Shown here: piece by piece, positions 18,066-27,170 of the stretch
Numbering within the stretch: position 1 is the first letter of the stretch
Layout of the letters: each line of letters opens with the position of its first letter
Assembly: GCA_001917135.1 (NCBI GenBank)
Contig: MNTT01000008.1
Location: 6,216 to 70,215 of the forward strand
From: Acetobacter sp. 46_36
Lineage (GTDB): Bacteria; Pseudomonadota; Alphaproteobacteria; RF32; CAG-239
Reading direction: 5' to 3'
DNA: 64,000 nucleotides
Notes under the pieces: generated by a model
What the model saw: only the letters and a program-made list of their open reading frames with translations
Told to the model about the DNA's origin: nothing
Database searches by the model: none
Translations under genes and position numbers: made by a program

Positions 18066-19343
18066 TTAATCGCTGTACTTCTTAAACACGATGGACGAAT
18101 TCGTACCGCCGAAACCGAAAGAGTTCGACATAGCCGCCTTGATTTCGCGTTTCTTCGGCTTTAACGGAACCAAATCAAAATCAGCCAGCTCGTCAGCAGG
18201 GTCTTCCAAATTCAGCGTCGGCGGACAGGTCTGTTCCTGTATTGCCATAATCGTATAAACAGCCTCAACAGCGCCGGCCGCACCAAGCAGATGCCCGATA
18301 GCCGACTTCGTTGAAGACATCGAAACATTCTTAATGCCCTCGTCGCCGAACAGACGTTTTACCGCCATTGCTTCGCCGACATCGCCTGCCGGAGTCGACG
18401 TCCCGTGCGCATTGATGTATCCGATATCAGACAACTCTACGCCATGTTCTTTCGCATGGTCAGCCGCCATTTTCATTGCCCGGTACGCGCCGTCGCCCGA
18501 AGGCGCCGTAATATGATATGCATCGCCGCTCATACCGTAACCGACGATTTCGGCATAAATCTTCGCACCTCTTTTCTTCGCATGTTCCAATTCTTCCAAA
18601 ACCAGCGCACCGCTGCCTTCGCCCATGACAAAGCCGCTGCGGCCTTTGTCCCACGGGCGGGAAGCCTTTTCCGGCGCATCGTTAAAGTCGGAAGTAATTG
18701 CCTTCATCCGGGCAAAACCGGCCAGCCCCAAAACGTTTACCGCAGATTCGGCACCGCCGGCCACCATCATGTCGGCATCGCCGCGCGCAATCATCGCCGC
18801 TGCATCGCCGATGGCATGGGTTCCGGTAGAGCAGGCCGTAACGCAGGCATGGTTCGGGCCTTTCAGCCCGTATCTGATGGAAACGTTGCCCGAAATCAGG
18901 TTAATCAGCACCGACGGAATAAAAAACGGCGAAATTTTCTTCATGCCGAATTCGTTAAACGAAACGGCATTTTCATAAATCCCCTGCAGGCCGCCGATAC
19001 CGGCGCCCATCATAACGCCCGCGCGGTCTTTTTCTTCCTCGCTGGCCGTTTCGGCATCCCATCCGGCGTCTTTTAAGGCATCTCCGGCGGCAGCCATCCC
19101 GTACATAATGAACTTATCATTCTTTTTCTGGTCTTTCGGGGCAAATACCGTATCCGGATTAAAATCGGGCTCGTTTTCGCCAAACGGAACCTGGCCGGCA
19201 ATCATAACCGGAATGTCTTTAAGGTCAACGCCCTCAATCCGGCTGATGCCGGACTTCCCTGCCATCAGGGACTCCCAGTTATGCTTAACGCCTCTTCCGA
19301 GCGGGGAAACCACGCCCATACCTGTAACGACAACTCTTCTCAT
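18066..19343 (-). CDS. fabF: 3-oxoacyl-ACP synthase II
   Basis: ATG 19343 (MRRVVVTGMG) has a GAGAGG RBS. ACSTGTHAIGDA, HGTSTP and GHLLGAAG are active-site motifs. Confidence 0.93.
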   Translation of the reverse strand: MRRVVVTGMGVVSPLGRGVKHNWESLMAGKSGISRIEGVDLKDIPVMIAGQVPFGENEPDFNPDTVFAPKDQKKNDKFIMYGMAAAGDALKDAGWDAETASEEEKDRAGVMMGAGIGGLQGIYENAVSFNEFGMKKISPFFIPSVLINLISGNVSIRYGLKGPNHACVTACSTGTHAIGDAAAMIARGDADMMVAGGAESAVNVLGLAGFARMKAITSDFNDAPEKASRPWDKGRSGFVMGEGSGALVLEELEHAKKRGAKIYAEIVGYGMSGDAYHITAPSGDGAYRAMKMAADHAKEHGVELSDIGYINAHGTSTPAGDVGEAMAVKRLFGDEGIKNVSMSSTKSAIGHLLGAAGAVEAVYTIMAIQEQTCPPTLNLEDPADELADFDLVPLKPKKREIKAAMSNSFGFGGTNSSIVFKKYSD

Positions 19344-19437
19344 TAAACAACCTCTCGTCTCTATCCGCCGCTTTGCCGCCCCGGAACAGGACAGGCCGTA
19401 CAACCGGCACGGCAAGCCAACACGGATAAATTTAGTA

Positions 19438-19472
19438 TGAAAAAACTCGCTTAAAACTTTTGAGCGAGTTCT
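19438..19472 (-). terminator. intrinsic terminator/attenuator between acpP and fabF
   Basis: Minus strand: aactcgct-caaaagttttaa-agcgagtt followed by tttttt. Confidence 0.7.
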
Positions 19473-19494
19473 AACTTATGATAATTCCAAAGAC

Positions 19495-19728
19495 TTACGC
19501 AGCTTTTGAAAGATAGTCAATAGCATCTTTTACTGTAAGAATTTTTTCTGCTGCTTCATCAGGAATTTCGCAACCGAATTCTTCTTCGAATGCCATAACC
19601 AGTTCAACGGTATCCAGGCTGTCAGCACCCAAATCGTCAATAAAGTTTGCGTTGTCTGTTACTTTTGTTTCTTCAACACCTAAATGTTCAGCAACAATTT
19701 TCTTAACACGATCAGCGGTATCAGTCAT
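19495..19728 (-). CDS. acpP: acyl carrier protein
   Basis: [14 protein letters not shown] phosphopantetheine site. ATG 19728 has an AGAGG RBS; the track start at 19737 is TTG. Confidence 0.95.
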   Translation of the reverse strand: MTDTADRVKKIVAEHLGVEETKVTDNANFIDDLGADSLDTVELVMAFEEEFGCEIPDEAAEKILTVKDAIDYLSKAA

Positions 19729-20002
19729 TAAATTCAACCTCTAAAAATTATTAAAACAAATTTTAGACTAACGTCTGAAACAAACGCTACACACAAAAAC
19801 TTTATTTGACAAGCATTTTTTTAAACTTTTCAACTTATCCCCCTGTCCGAACAGCCGGAAGCCGCTGTTTTTCGGGCTTTTCCCCGCGCCAAAAAAAATT
19901 CGTTTTTCCTGCAAAATAACACTTTATTTCTATAAAAAGGCACACTATATATACCAATGAATTAAAGGACTAATGATTTTTTTAAGATGAAGGGATAAAA
20001 AT

Positions 20003-20944
20003 ATGCAGATAGGAATTATCGGAACCGGAATGGTCGGCAGCGCCATCGCCTATTCGCTGGCAAGCGAAGGCAGTGCGGAAAAACTGATTTTAATCGATGC
20101 CAACAAGGAACGCGCGATTGCCGAGGCCATGGATATTTCCCACTCCACCCCGTTTACGTTCGGCGCCCGTGTCGTCGCCGGCGATTATAAGGATTTGAAA
20201 GACGCCGGCATTATCGTCATTACGGCCGGAGCCAACCAAAAGCCGGGAGAAACCCGCCTTGACCTGCTGGAAAAGAACGTCGGTATCTTCAAAAGCATTA
20301 TCCCCGAAGTGGTCAAATACGCCCCGAACGCGATTTTGGTCATCGCCGCCAACCCGGTTGACATTATGACCGAAGTAACCTTAAAGCTTTCCGGCTTCCC
20401 CAAGAACCGCGTTTTCGGCACCGGTACCGTGCTCGATTCCGCCCGGTTCCGCAGCATTCTCGGACGCCACCTCGGCATCTCGCCCAAATCCGTCCATGCC
20501 AACGTCATCGGCGAACACGGCGACAGCGAGGTTCTGGTCTGGTCCAGCGCCGTCGCGGGAACCACCTGTGTTGAACGCCTCGCCGGACAAATCGGCAAAG
20601 ATTTGGATAAAGTCGTCAAAGGTTCCATTGATAACGAAGTGCGCAACTCTGCCTATACGATTATCAAAGGCAAAGGCTCTACCTATTTCGGCATAGCTTC
20701 CGCCACGCAGTACATCTGCAACTCCATCATCAGCGACAAGCACGCGATTTTAACCGTCAGCTCGCACCATGACGAAGGCATCGGCGGCTACGACAACATT
20801 TGCTATTCGCTCCCGTCAATCGTCAGCAAAAACGGTGTTGAAACGGCTCTCGTTCCCGAATTGTGCAACGGCGAACGCGAGGCACTGGAAAAAAGCGCCG
20901 CTACGCTTTCCGAATATACAAAAAAAGCGCTGGCCATGCTGTAA
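20003..20944 (+). CDS. ldh: L-lactate dehydrogenase
   Basis: GIIGTGMVGS NAD fold, ITAGANQKPGETRLDLL and GEHGDS motifs. Confidence 0.9.
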   Translation: MQIGIIGTGMVGSAIAYSLASEGSAEKLILIDANKERAIAEAMDISHSTPFTFGARVVAGDYKDLKDAGIIVITAGANQKPGETRLDLLEKNVGIFKSIIPEVVKYAPNAILVIAANPVDIMTEVTLKLSGFPKNRVFGTGTVLDSARFRSILGRHLGISPKSVHANVIGEHGDSEVLVWSSAVAGTTCVERLAGQIGKDLDKVVKGSIDNEVRNSAYTIIKGKGSTYFGIASATQYICNSIISDKHAILTVSSHHDEGIGGYDNICYSLPSIVSKNGVETALVPELCNGEREALEKSAATLSEYTKKALAML

Positions 20945-20952
20945 AACGAAAG

Positions 20953-20983
20953 AAACAGCCCGGCTCACCGCGGCTGTTTCCCC
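20953..20983 (+). terminator. hairpin after ldh (weak T tract)
   Basis: aaacagcccgg-ctca-ccg(c)ggctgttt followed by cccc. Confidence 0.45.
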
Positions 20984-21002
20984 AAAAACGTTTCAATTGC
21001 TC

Positions 21003-21038
21003 CAAAAAGAAGGCGTCCGTTTACCGGGCGCTTTCTTT
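21003..21038 (-). terminator. intrinsic terminator after the GT8 gene
   Basis: A 13-bp stem (aagaaggcgtccg / cgggcgctttctt, including G-U pairs). On the minus strand it is followed by tttttgg. Confidence 0.65.
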
Positions 21039-21118
21039 ATATGATCTGTAGGTTCCGACAGTTCTCCGATTGGACTGCCGCATCTTTCCCGCGTTCACCG
21101 CAGACAACACGACTGTCG

Positions 21119-22171
21119 CTAGTCCAACGGCGGCAGCGGCGTATAATATTTATACCATAACCGTTGCAGCATATAAAAGAAATTGGTCTTTGGCACCACT
21201 GTCCCCAGCGGCTTGCGCGAAGAGGCAAAGTGCAGAATAGTTGCCGGCGCAAACACGTCCTCATAATTCTGCCAGTCTTCTCCGTAATACGCTGCCATCG
21301 TCGGCAAATCGACATGCTCAAAAAAGAAATTCATCGTATTGTCTTCAAACGGCAATACCGCAACATCTTCGCCGACCACAACGTTAAATGCGTCCTGGTC
21401 CATATAGGTGCGGAAATTGTTGTTGGTATAGTCTTCAAGCTTCGCCAACAGGTTGTCCTCGCGGATTTTCTTAAGGTTCATCAGCATCACGCCCGCATTG
21501 AAATAATAGCCGCGCTTTTCCAGATTAAGCTCCAAAACGTGCGCGTTTTCAAAGAACCAGGACGGATCTTTGACCGCCGCCAGATATTTGCCCTCAATAT
21601 CAGTCCGGTACAGGCCGTTCAAATCATGCAAAACCAAAACGTCGGAATCCATATACAGGACTTTATCCAGCTGCGGCAGCGCCTCGGCAATATAATATTT
21701 CAGCAGCGATGTCTTTGAAACATGCGTATCCCTGATATAAAACAAATCAATTTCCTTCTGCGGCAAAACCGTAACCGTAACGCCGTTTCCTGCCAGCGCT
21801 TTCAACGCCGCCTCGTCGGAAGCCGAAACATCCAGCGTCATAACGTAAAAGTTATACCGGCTGTTCGGGCATTTGGTTTGCTTTGCCGAATTAATCGCCA
21901 CCCGCGTAAAATCCATATAATTGGCATCGGTAATCAGCGCCGCATCGACGGTTCCGTCCACGCCCTCGCAGTTTTGCGGTGTCAGCTGCAAATCAAAGTC
22001 ATAGCTTTTTGCCGCCGGCTTGTCCTGCCCGAGCTGGGTTTCCGCCTGTGCCTCCAGCTGCTGGCGCTCCACCTCGCGGTCAATATACGATGCCCACAAC
22101 AGCAGCCCGACCACGATAATCGCCATCACATCGGCAACTATCACCCATTTCATTCCTTTGTCTTTCATCAT
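21119..22171 (-). CDS. family 8 glycosyltransferase (LPS galactosyl/glucosyltransferase-like) with N-terminal membrane anchor
   Basis: DSDVLV (DxD), YFNAGVMLMNL and DQDAFN motifs. An ATGATG start at 22171/22168 follows GGGAGAG. Confidence 0.8.
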   Translation of the reverse strand: MMKDKGMKWVIVADVMAIIVVGLLLWASYIDREVERQQLEAQAETQLGQDKPAAKSYDFDLQLTPQNCEGVDGTVDAALITDANYMDFTRVAINSAKQTKCPNSRYNFYVMTLDVSASDEAALKALAGNGVTVTVLPQKEIDLFYIRDTHVSKTSLLKYYIAEALPQLDKVLYMDSDVLVLHDLNGLYRTDIEGKYLAAVKDPSWFFENAHVLELNLEKRGYYFNAGVMLMNLKKIREDNLLAKLEDYTNNNFRTYMDQDAFNVVVGEDVAVLPFEDNTMNFFFEHVDLPTMAAYYGEDWQNYEDVFAPATILHFASSRKPLGTVVPKTNFFYMLQRLWYKYYTPLPPLD

Positions 22172-22262
22172 TCTCTCCCGTCTGGTATTCCGGCCGCCCG
22201 TCTCATAACGTCGCCGCCCGTATGTTTTCCTGCAGTTTAACCCGGGATATGTAAACATCAGG

Positions 22263-24149
22263 TTAACCGCCATGTTCGCCGACAGCAGTATTTTTTGTCA
22301 GCTCCTCCTGGATAATGCCTATCAACGTCTCCCTGTCATACCTCACCTGCGGCATCATCAGAAAAATGTCTTTCTCTCCGATAAAACAATAGTCCGCAGC
22401 CGGATACGGCATCATAATTTTCAGAGTATCAAGCTGCGCTTCTTTATCCAATCCAAAAGTTCTGGCAAATATCTCAGCATCCAAGCGCTTTCCATTCATT
22501 ATATTTTCCGGCGTTATTCCGTAAAATATTCCACCGCCAAGATACATTGCATCACCCCAAATGGGACTCTCTGGCTCCGATAAAAAAAAGCCGCTGGAGA
22601 ACATCACACTAAAATACATTGGAGCTCTGAATAACTCCCTGTCACGCTCGCAAGTACGCAGAGAATACACAGTACTTATACCCGCAAATTTTTCTCTGCC
22701 GTACAGACCTCCCAAAGTTGCCAGCCTGTATTTCTTTCCCGGTTTCAAACGCGGCAGCAAATCTTGCTTTATCCTCTCAACATACAATTCATCCTGTCTG
22801 TTCCCCAACAGCCAGATTTTTTGTGCGTAAATGTCCGTTCGGATATAAACGCACATCATAACCGCCGCTGCCGCCAGCGCCAAATTGCGGCTGCCGTTGC
22901 CGCCGCAGGAAAATGCGATTGCAAACAAGACTGCCGTCAAATACGGAACTGAAAAAAAATGAATCCGAAACGTATCAAAAAAATCATGCGGCGTAATAAA
23001 AGCCAAAAAAAATGCCAGATAGACCGAAACAATCAGACATAACGCACCCCACAGAAATTTCCGCCGCCCCAGCGATGCAGCCAGTGCCGCCACGGCCAGC
23101 AACAGAAAGCCGTACCCTGCAAGCGGCGATTCATACGGAAACACCGAATATAATATTTCCCACGGCTTATGCCATCGCTGCAAAAATTTTTCCGGCATGT
23201 CCCGTAAAGGAAGCGTCTGCACGTTATACATACCTAAAAAAATCAGATTCCGCCTCTTCATCTCCCAGATAACCGCCGCATAACAAAGCAGCGCCGCCAT
23301 AACGCCCGCCCCCAGTTTCAAATAATGCCGGAAAATCACTTTAACGCTCTTTTCCGCCCGCAGGATGTCCAGCCAGAATTTCCCTGCGCAAATCGTCAGT
23401 ACCAACTCAAGCGCCGCCGTATATCCGCCCAGGCTGACAAACAGCGCCGACATGCCCGCCGCGGCATACCCTGCCGTTTTTTTCCCTTCGTCCGTAGCAC
23501 CACTCCACGCCATCCTGTCCCGTTCACCCGACACAACATCCCCTGCCGCTTTTTTCCTCCCGTCCACAGCAGCACCTTTTTCCCTCTCATCCGCTGCGGC
23601 ACATCCTGCCGCCCTTTTTCTTCCGCTCATCTCAGCATATCCTGTCCCCTTTTTCCCTTCTTCCGCCACCAAAACCGCCCGGTCAATCCAAATCACGCCC
23701 CAGACGCACAGAAAATGCCAGACGAATATGGACAGTATCTGGTGCACATAATATAATTGCGTCAGCACATATGGATTTAACACAATCAGCAAAGTAAACG
23801 GCAGTACATCGCGATATCTTTCCGACAGTCCGTACCATTCGGCCAGCCTGACCGCTGCCAGGGCAAAAAAGGCAAAACCCAGCAAGACGTTAAAAGCCGG
23901 CAGAATATGCCCGCCGGTCAACAGCCATGACGGCAGAAACTGGGTAAACCGTCCTTCAAAAACCCCAGCTTCAAGCGGTACACCGTAACGCATAAAACGA
24001 AAATCGTGATTCCCCAGAAAAAAACTACTCCAATAAGTCAGAAAAACTGCTGCCAAAATAAGCCAGACAACGCCCGCGCATTTCAGCTCAAAAGCGCAAA
24101 TCCCCCCGTGCCCCTTCTGTGATGACATATAACGTTCGATTATAGTCAT
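22263..24149 (-). CDS. large multi-pass membrane protein, unknown (possibly LPS/O-antigen-related) with an internal low-complexity repeat loop
   Basis: About 12 or more hydrophobic segments plus a C-terminal soluble domain. Sits immediately upstream of the GT8 gene. The loop holds repeats EEGKKGTGYA / SGRKRAAGCA / DGRKKAAGDV / DEGKKTAGYA. No catalytic motif recognised. Confidence 0.5.
   Translation of the reverse strand: MTIIERYMSSQKGHGGICAFELKCAGVVWLILAAVFLTYWSSFFLGNHDFRFMRYGVPLEAGVFEGRFTQFLPSWLLTGGHILPAFNVLLGFAFFALAAVRLAEWYGLSERYRDVLPFTLLIVLNPYVLTQLYYVHQILSIFVWHFLCVWGVIWIDRAVLVAEEGKKGTGYAEMSGRKRAAGCAAADEREKGAAVDGRKKAAGDVVSGERDRMAWSGATDEGKKTAGYAAAGMSALFVSLGGYTAALELVLTICAGKFWLDILRAEKSVKVIFRHYLKLGAGVMAALLCYAAVIWEMKRRNLIFLGMYNVQTLPLRDMPEKFLQRWHKPWEILYSVFPYESPLAGYGFLLLAVAALAASLGRRKFLWGALCLIVSVYLAFFLAFITPHDFFDTFRIHFFSVPYLTAVLFAIAFSCGGNGSRNLALAAAAVMMCVYIRTDIYAQKIWLLGNRQDELYVERIKQDLLPRLKPGKKYRLATLGGLYGREKFAGISTVYSLRTCERDRELFRAPMYFSVMFSSGFFLSEPESPIWGDAMYLGGGIFYGITPENIMNGKRLDAEIFARTFGLDKEAQLDTLKIMMPYPAADYCFIGEKDIFLMMPQVRYDRETLIGIIQEELTKNTAVGEHGG
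23440..23670. repeat. degenerate ~35-48 bp tandem repeats inside the 628-aa membrane protein gene
   Basis: The motif atcc(c)tg(c/t)c..ctttttc..ccg recurs about five times. It encodes the G/K/A-rich loop repeats. Confidence 0.7.
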
Positions 24150-24273
24150 CAGTTTTATTGTTTATTAACCTATTGTGTTTACACTAAAAGCCCTAAAAAC
24201 AGATTGTAGAAAAAAAAGGAACCCTTTTTTTCAGCACCCCGTGCCGCAGTTCCCCCTGCCCTGTCATCTCCGC

Positions 24274-24305
24274 ACAAAAAAGGCGGTTCTCCATGGAACC
24301 GCCTT
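24274..24305 (-). terminator. intrinsic terminator after adhE
   Basis: Minus strand: aggcggttc-catgga-gaaccgcct followed by ttttttgt. Confidence 0.8.
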
Positions 24306-24326
24306 TCATTTCATCATCGCTGCAAG

Positions 24327-26960
24327 CTAGATTTCAAAGTCCGTAACCCCTTCGTATGCCAGTTCATACAGTTTGCGGATTTCCTTAATCAGCGGATAAC
24401 GCGGGTTGGAACCGGTACACTGGTCGTCAAACGCCAATGTCGGCAGCGTTTCCATCGCTTTTTTGAAATCTTCGTCGGTATACTCGCCGCGGATGGCAAA
24501 CCACTCCCGGATAGAGCCCGGAATGCCGATTTTCGTCTTCAGCTCTTTAATCGCCTCAACCAGCGCGTTGACTTTCTCGTCGTCGGTCTTACCCTTAAAG
24601 CCCATCGCCGCCGCAAATTCGGCATACGCCGCTTTGGCATGCGGGAACTTATACTGCGGGAAAGCGCACTGTTTCGCCGGCTTGTCCGTTGCGTTAAAGC
24701 GGATAACCTGGCAAATCAGCAAAGCATTCGCTACGCCGTGCGGAATATTGAAGTGCGAACCGAGTTTATGCGCCATGGAGTGGCAGACGCCCAAAAACGC
24801 ATTCGCAAACGCCATACCGGCCAGCGTCGCCGCCGTATGAACTTTCTCGCGGGCATAAGAGTCTGCTGTCGCATAAGAGGACGGCAGATAGTCAAACACC
24901 AGTTTGCCGGCTTCCAGCGACAGGCCGCGCGTATATTCGGTCGCCATTGAGGAAACGTACGATTCCAGCGCATGGGTCAGGATGTCGATACCCGAAGCCG
25001 AGCACAATCCCTTCGGCATTGTCTGTACCAAATCCGAGTCGATAATCGCCATCGACGGAGTCAGCGCATAATCCGCTACCGCGTACTTAACGCCCTCATG
25101 GTCATCGGTAATAATGGAGAACGGCGTTACTTCCGAACCCGTGCCCGACGTAGTCGGAATAGCGACCATCACAGCCTTTTCGCCCAGCTGCGGAAATTCA
25201 AAAATACGTTTGCGGATATCCATAAAGCGCATCGCCAAATCTTCAAATTTCAATTCAGGATGTTCGTACATCAGCCACATAATCTTGCCCGCGTCAATCG
25301 GCGAACCGCCGCCCAGCGCAATGATAACGTCCGGCTCAAACGAACGGAGCGTACCGATAGCCATATTGACCGTCGTCAAATCCGGATCCGGATGCACGTC
25401 GGAGAATATTTTGTACGCAACGCCGATTTCGTCCAGAACATCGGTAACTTTCTTGGTATAGCCCAAATCAAACAGTGGCTTGTCGGTAACGATAAACGCG
25501 CGTTTTTTGCCTTTCAGTTCCTTAAGAGCAAACGACAGCGAACCCGGCTTAAAGTAAACTTTCGGAGGAATTCTGAACCACAACATATTTTCTTCGCGTT
25601 TCGCTACGTTTTTGATATTCATCAGATGTTTTACTCCTACGTTTTCGCTGACCGAGTTGCCGCCCCAGGAGCCGCAGCCCAAAGTCAGAGAAGGTTCAAG
25701 CCTAAAGTTGTAAATGTCGCCGATAGCGCCCTGCGACGACGGGCAGTTAATCATCACGCGCCCCGTAATCATCAGGTGGCCGAAATATTTAATCCTGTCG
25801 TCGTTCTGCGGATTGGTATAAAGCACCGAAGTGTGCCCCTTGCCGCCGTGCGATACCAGAGCCTTCGCCAAATCTGCGCCGCTCTTGAAATCGTCGGCCT
25901 TATACATTGCCAAAACCGGCGACAGCTTTTCGGCTGAGAACGGTTCTTCCGCACCGACTTTCGTACACTCGGCAATCAAAACTTTCGTTTCTTCCGGCAC
26001 CGAAATTTTCGCCATTTCCGCAATCTTGTATGCCGGCTGTCCGACGATTGCCGCGTTCAGATGCCCGTCAATCATAATCACTTTGGCGAGCTTTTCCTTT
26101 TCTTTCGGCGTCAGGATATACGCGCCGCGTTTGACAAATTCCGCCTTAACCGCGTCATACACGTCTTTAACTGCCGTAACCGACTGTTCCGATGCGCAAA
26201 TCATACCATTGTCAAAAGTCTTGGACATCAAAATTGAAGAAACCGCCATCTGAATGTCTGCCGTTTCGTCAATCAATGCCGGCGTATTGCCTGCACCGAC
26301 GCCCAGCGCCGGTTTGCCGGAACTGTAAGCGGACTTGACCATGCCCGGGCCGCCGGTCGCCAGAATAATGTCAATCTGCGGATGCTGCATCAGATACTGG
26401 GTCTGGAAAATTGTCGGATTCTCAATCCAGCCGATAATGTCTTCCGGCGCGCCTGCCTTAACAGCCTCTTCCAGAATAATGCGCGCGGTTTCTACCGTGC
26501 ACTTCTTGGCACGCGGATGCGGCGAAAAAATAATGCCGTTGCGGGTCTTGAGCGCAATCAGCGACTTGAAAATTGCGGTAGAAGTCGGATTCGTCGTCGG
26601 AATAACGCCGGCAATCACGCCCAGCGGCTCCGCAATCTTAATCAGCCCGTTGGCCTTGTCTTCTTCCAAAATGCCGCAGGTTTTGGTATCTTTGAATTTA
26701 TTGTAAATGTATTCCGACGCAAAATGGTTTTTAATGACCTTGTCTTCAACGACGCCCATACCGGTTTCTTCAACCGCCATTTTCGCCAGCGGAATTCTGA
26801 GCGAACTGAGCTTCAAAGCCACGCGGCGGAAGATGTGGTCAACCTGTTCCTGCGTATATTCGGCATATTTCTTTTGCGCCGCGGCAACGCGTGCCACCAG
26901 CTCGTCCACATGCTTTTTCTCTGCTTCTTCGTTCGTTTGCACCTGAGTTTCTTTTGCCAT
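24327..26960 (-). CDS. adhE: bifunctional acetaldehyde-CoA/alcohol dehydrogenase
   Basis: ~877 aa with an N-terminal aldehyde dehydrogenase and a C-terminal iron-ADH domain (GGGSPIDAGK, HSMAHKLG). ATG 26960 is well spaced from GGAG. Confidence 0.96.
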   Translation of the reverse strand: MAKETQVQTNEEAEKKHVDELVARVAAAQKKYAEYTQEQVDHIFRRVALKLSSLRIPLAKMAVEETGMGVVEDKVIKNHFASEYIYNKFKDTKTCGILEEDKANGLIKIAEPLGVIAGVIPTTNPTSTAIFKSLIALKTRNGIIFSPHPRAKKCTVETARIILEEAVKAGAPEDIIGWIENPTIFQTQYLMQHPQIDIILATGGPGMVKSAYSSGKPALGVGAGNTPALIDETADIQMAVSSILMSKTFDNGMICASEQSVTAVKDVYDAVKAEFVKRGAYILTPKEKEKLAKVIMIDGHLNAAIVGQPAYKIAEMAKISVPEETKVLIAECTKVGAEEPFSAEKLSPVLAMYKADDFKSGADLAKALVSHGGKGHTSVLYTNPQNDDRIKYFGHLMITGRVMINCPSSQGAIGDIYNFRLEPSLTLGCGSWGGNSVSENVGVKHLMNIKNVAKREENMLWFRIPPKVYFKPGSLSFALKELKGKKRAFIVTDKPLFDLGYTKKVTDVLDEIGVAYKIFSDVHPDPDLTTVNMAIGTLRSFEPDVIIALGGGSPIDAGKIMWLMYEHPELKFEDLAMRFMDIRKRIFEFPQLGEKAVMVAIPTTSGTGSEVTPFSIITDDHEGVKYAVADYALTPSMAIIDSDLVQTMPKGLCSASGIDILTHALESYVSSMATEYTRGLSLEAGKLVFDYLPSSYATADSYAREKVHTAATLAGMAFANAFLGVCHSMAHKLGSHFNIPHGVANALLICQVIRFNATDKPAKQCAFPQYKFPHAKAAYAEFAAAMGFKGKTDDEKVNALVEAIKELKTKIGIPGSIREWFAIRGEYTDEDFKKAMETLPTLAFDDQCTGSNPRYPLIKEIRKLYELAYEGVTDFEI

Positions 26961-27170
26961 AGTTTTCATCACTCCATAACAATTTATCACTATTGACAGC
27001 ATAATAGCATGGCAAAAATTAACAAGGCGTTTAAAACTCTTTTCCTGACACGAATTATTTCAGATTATTTCGTATATATAAGTTTTAAAATCAAGCGGAT
27101 AAGACACGTTTTTTGCTTTCTCCGCGCCTTCCTTCTCCGCAGCTTTCGCCGTTTCTTACCGCCCGGCCGG

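Noticed and set aside
22172-22273. 11-nt overlap of the GT8 ORF (track start 22273) with the upstream 628-aa gene
   Set aside because: The extended N-terminus lacks an RBS. The ATGATG at 22171 follows GGGAGAG and starts right before the TM anchor, so the overlap is an ORF-calling artefact.
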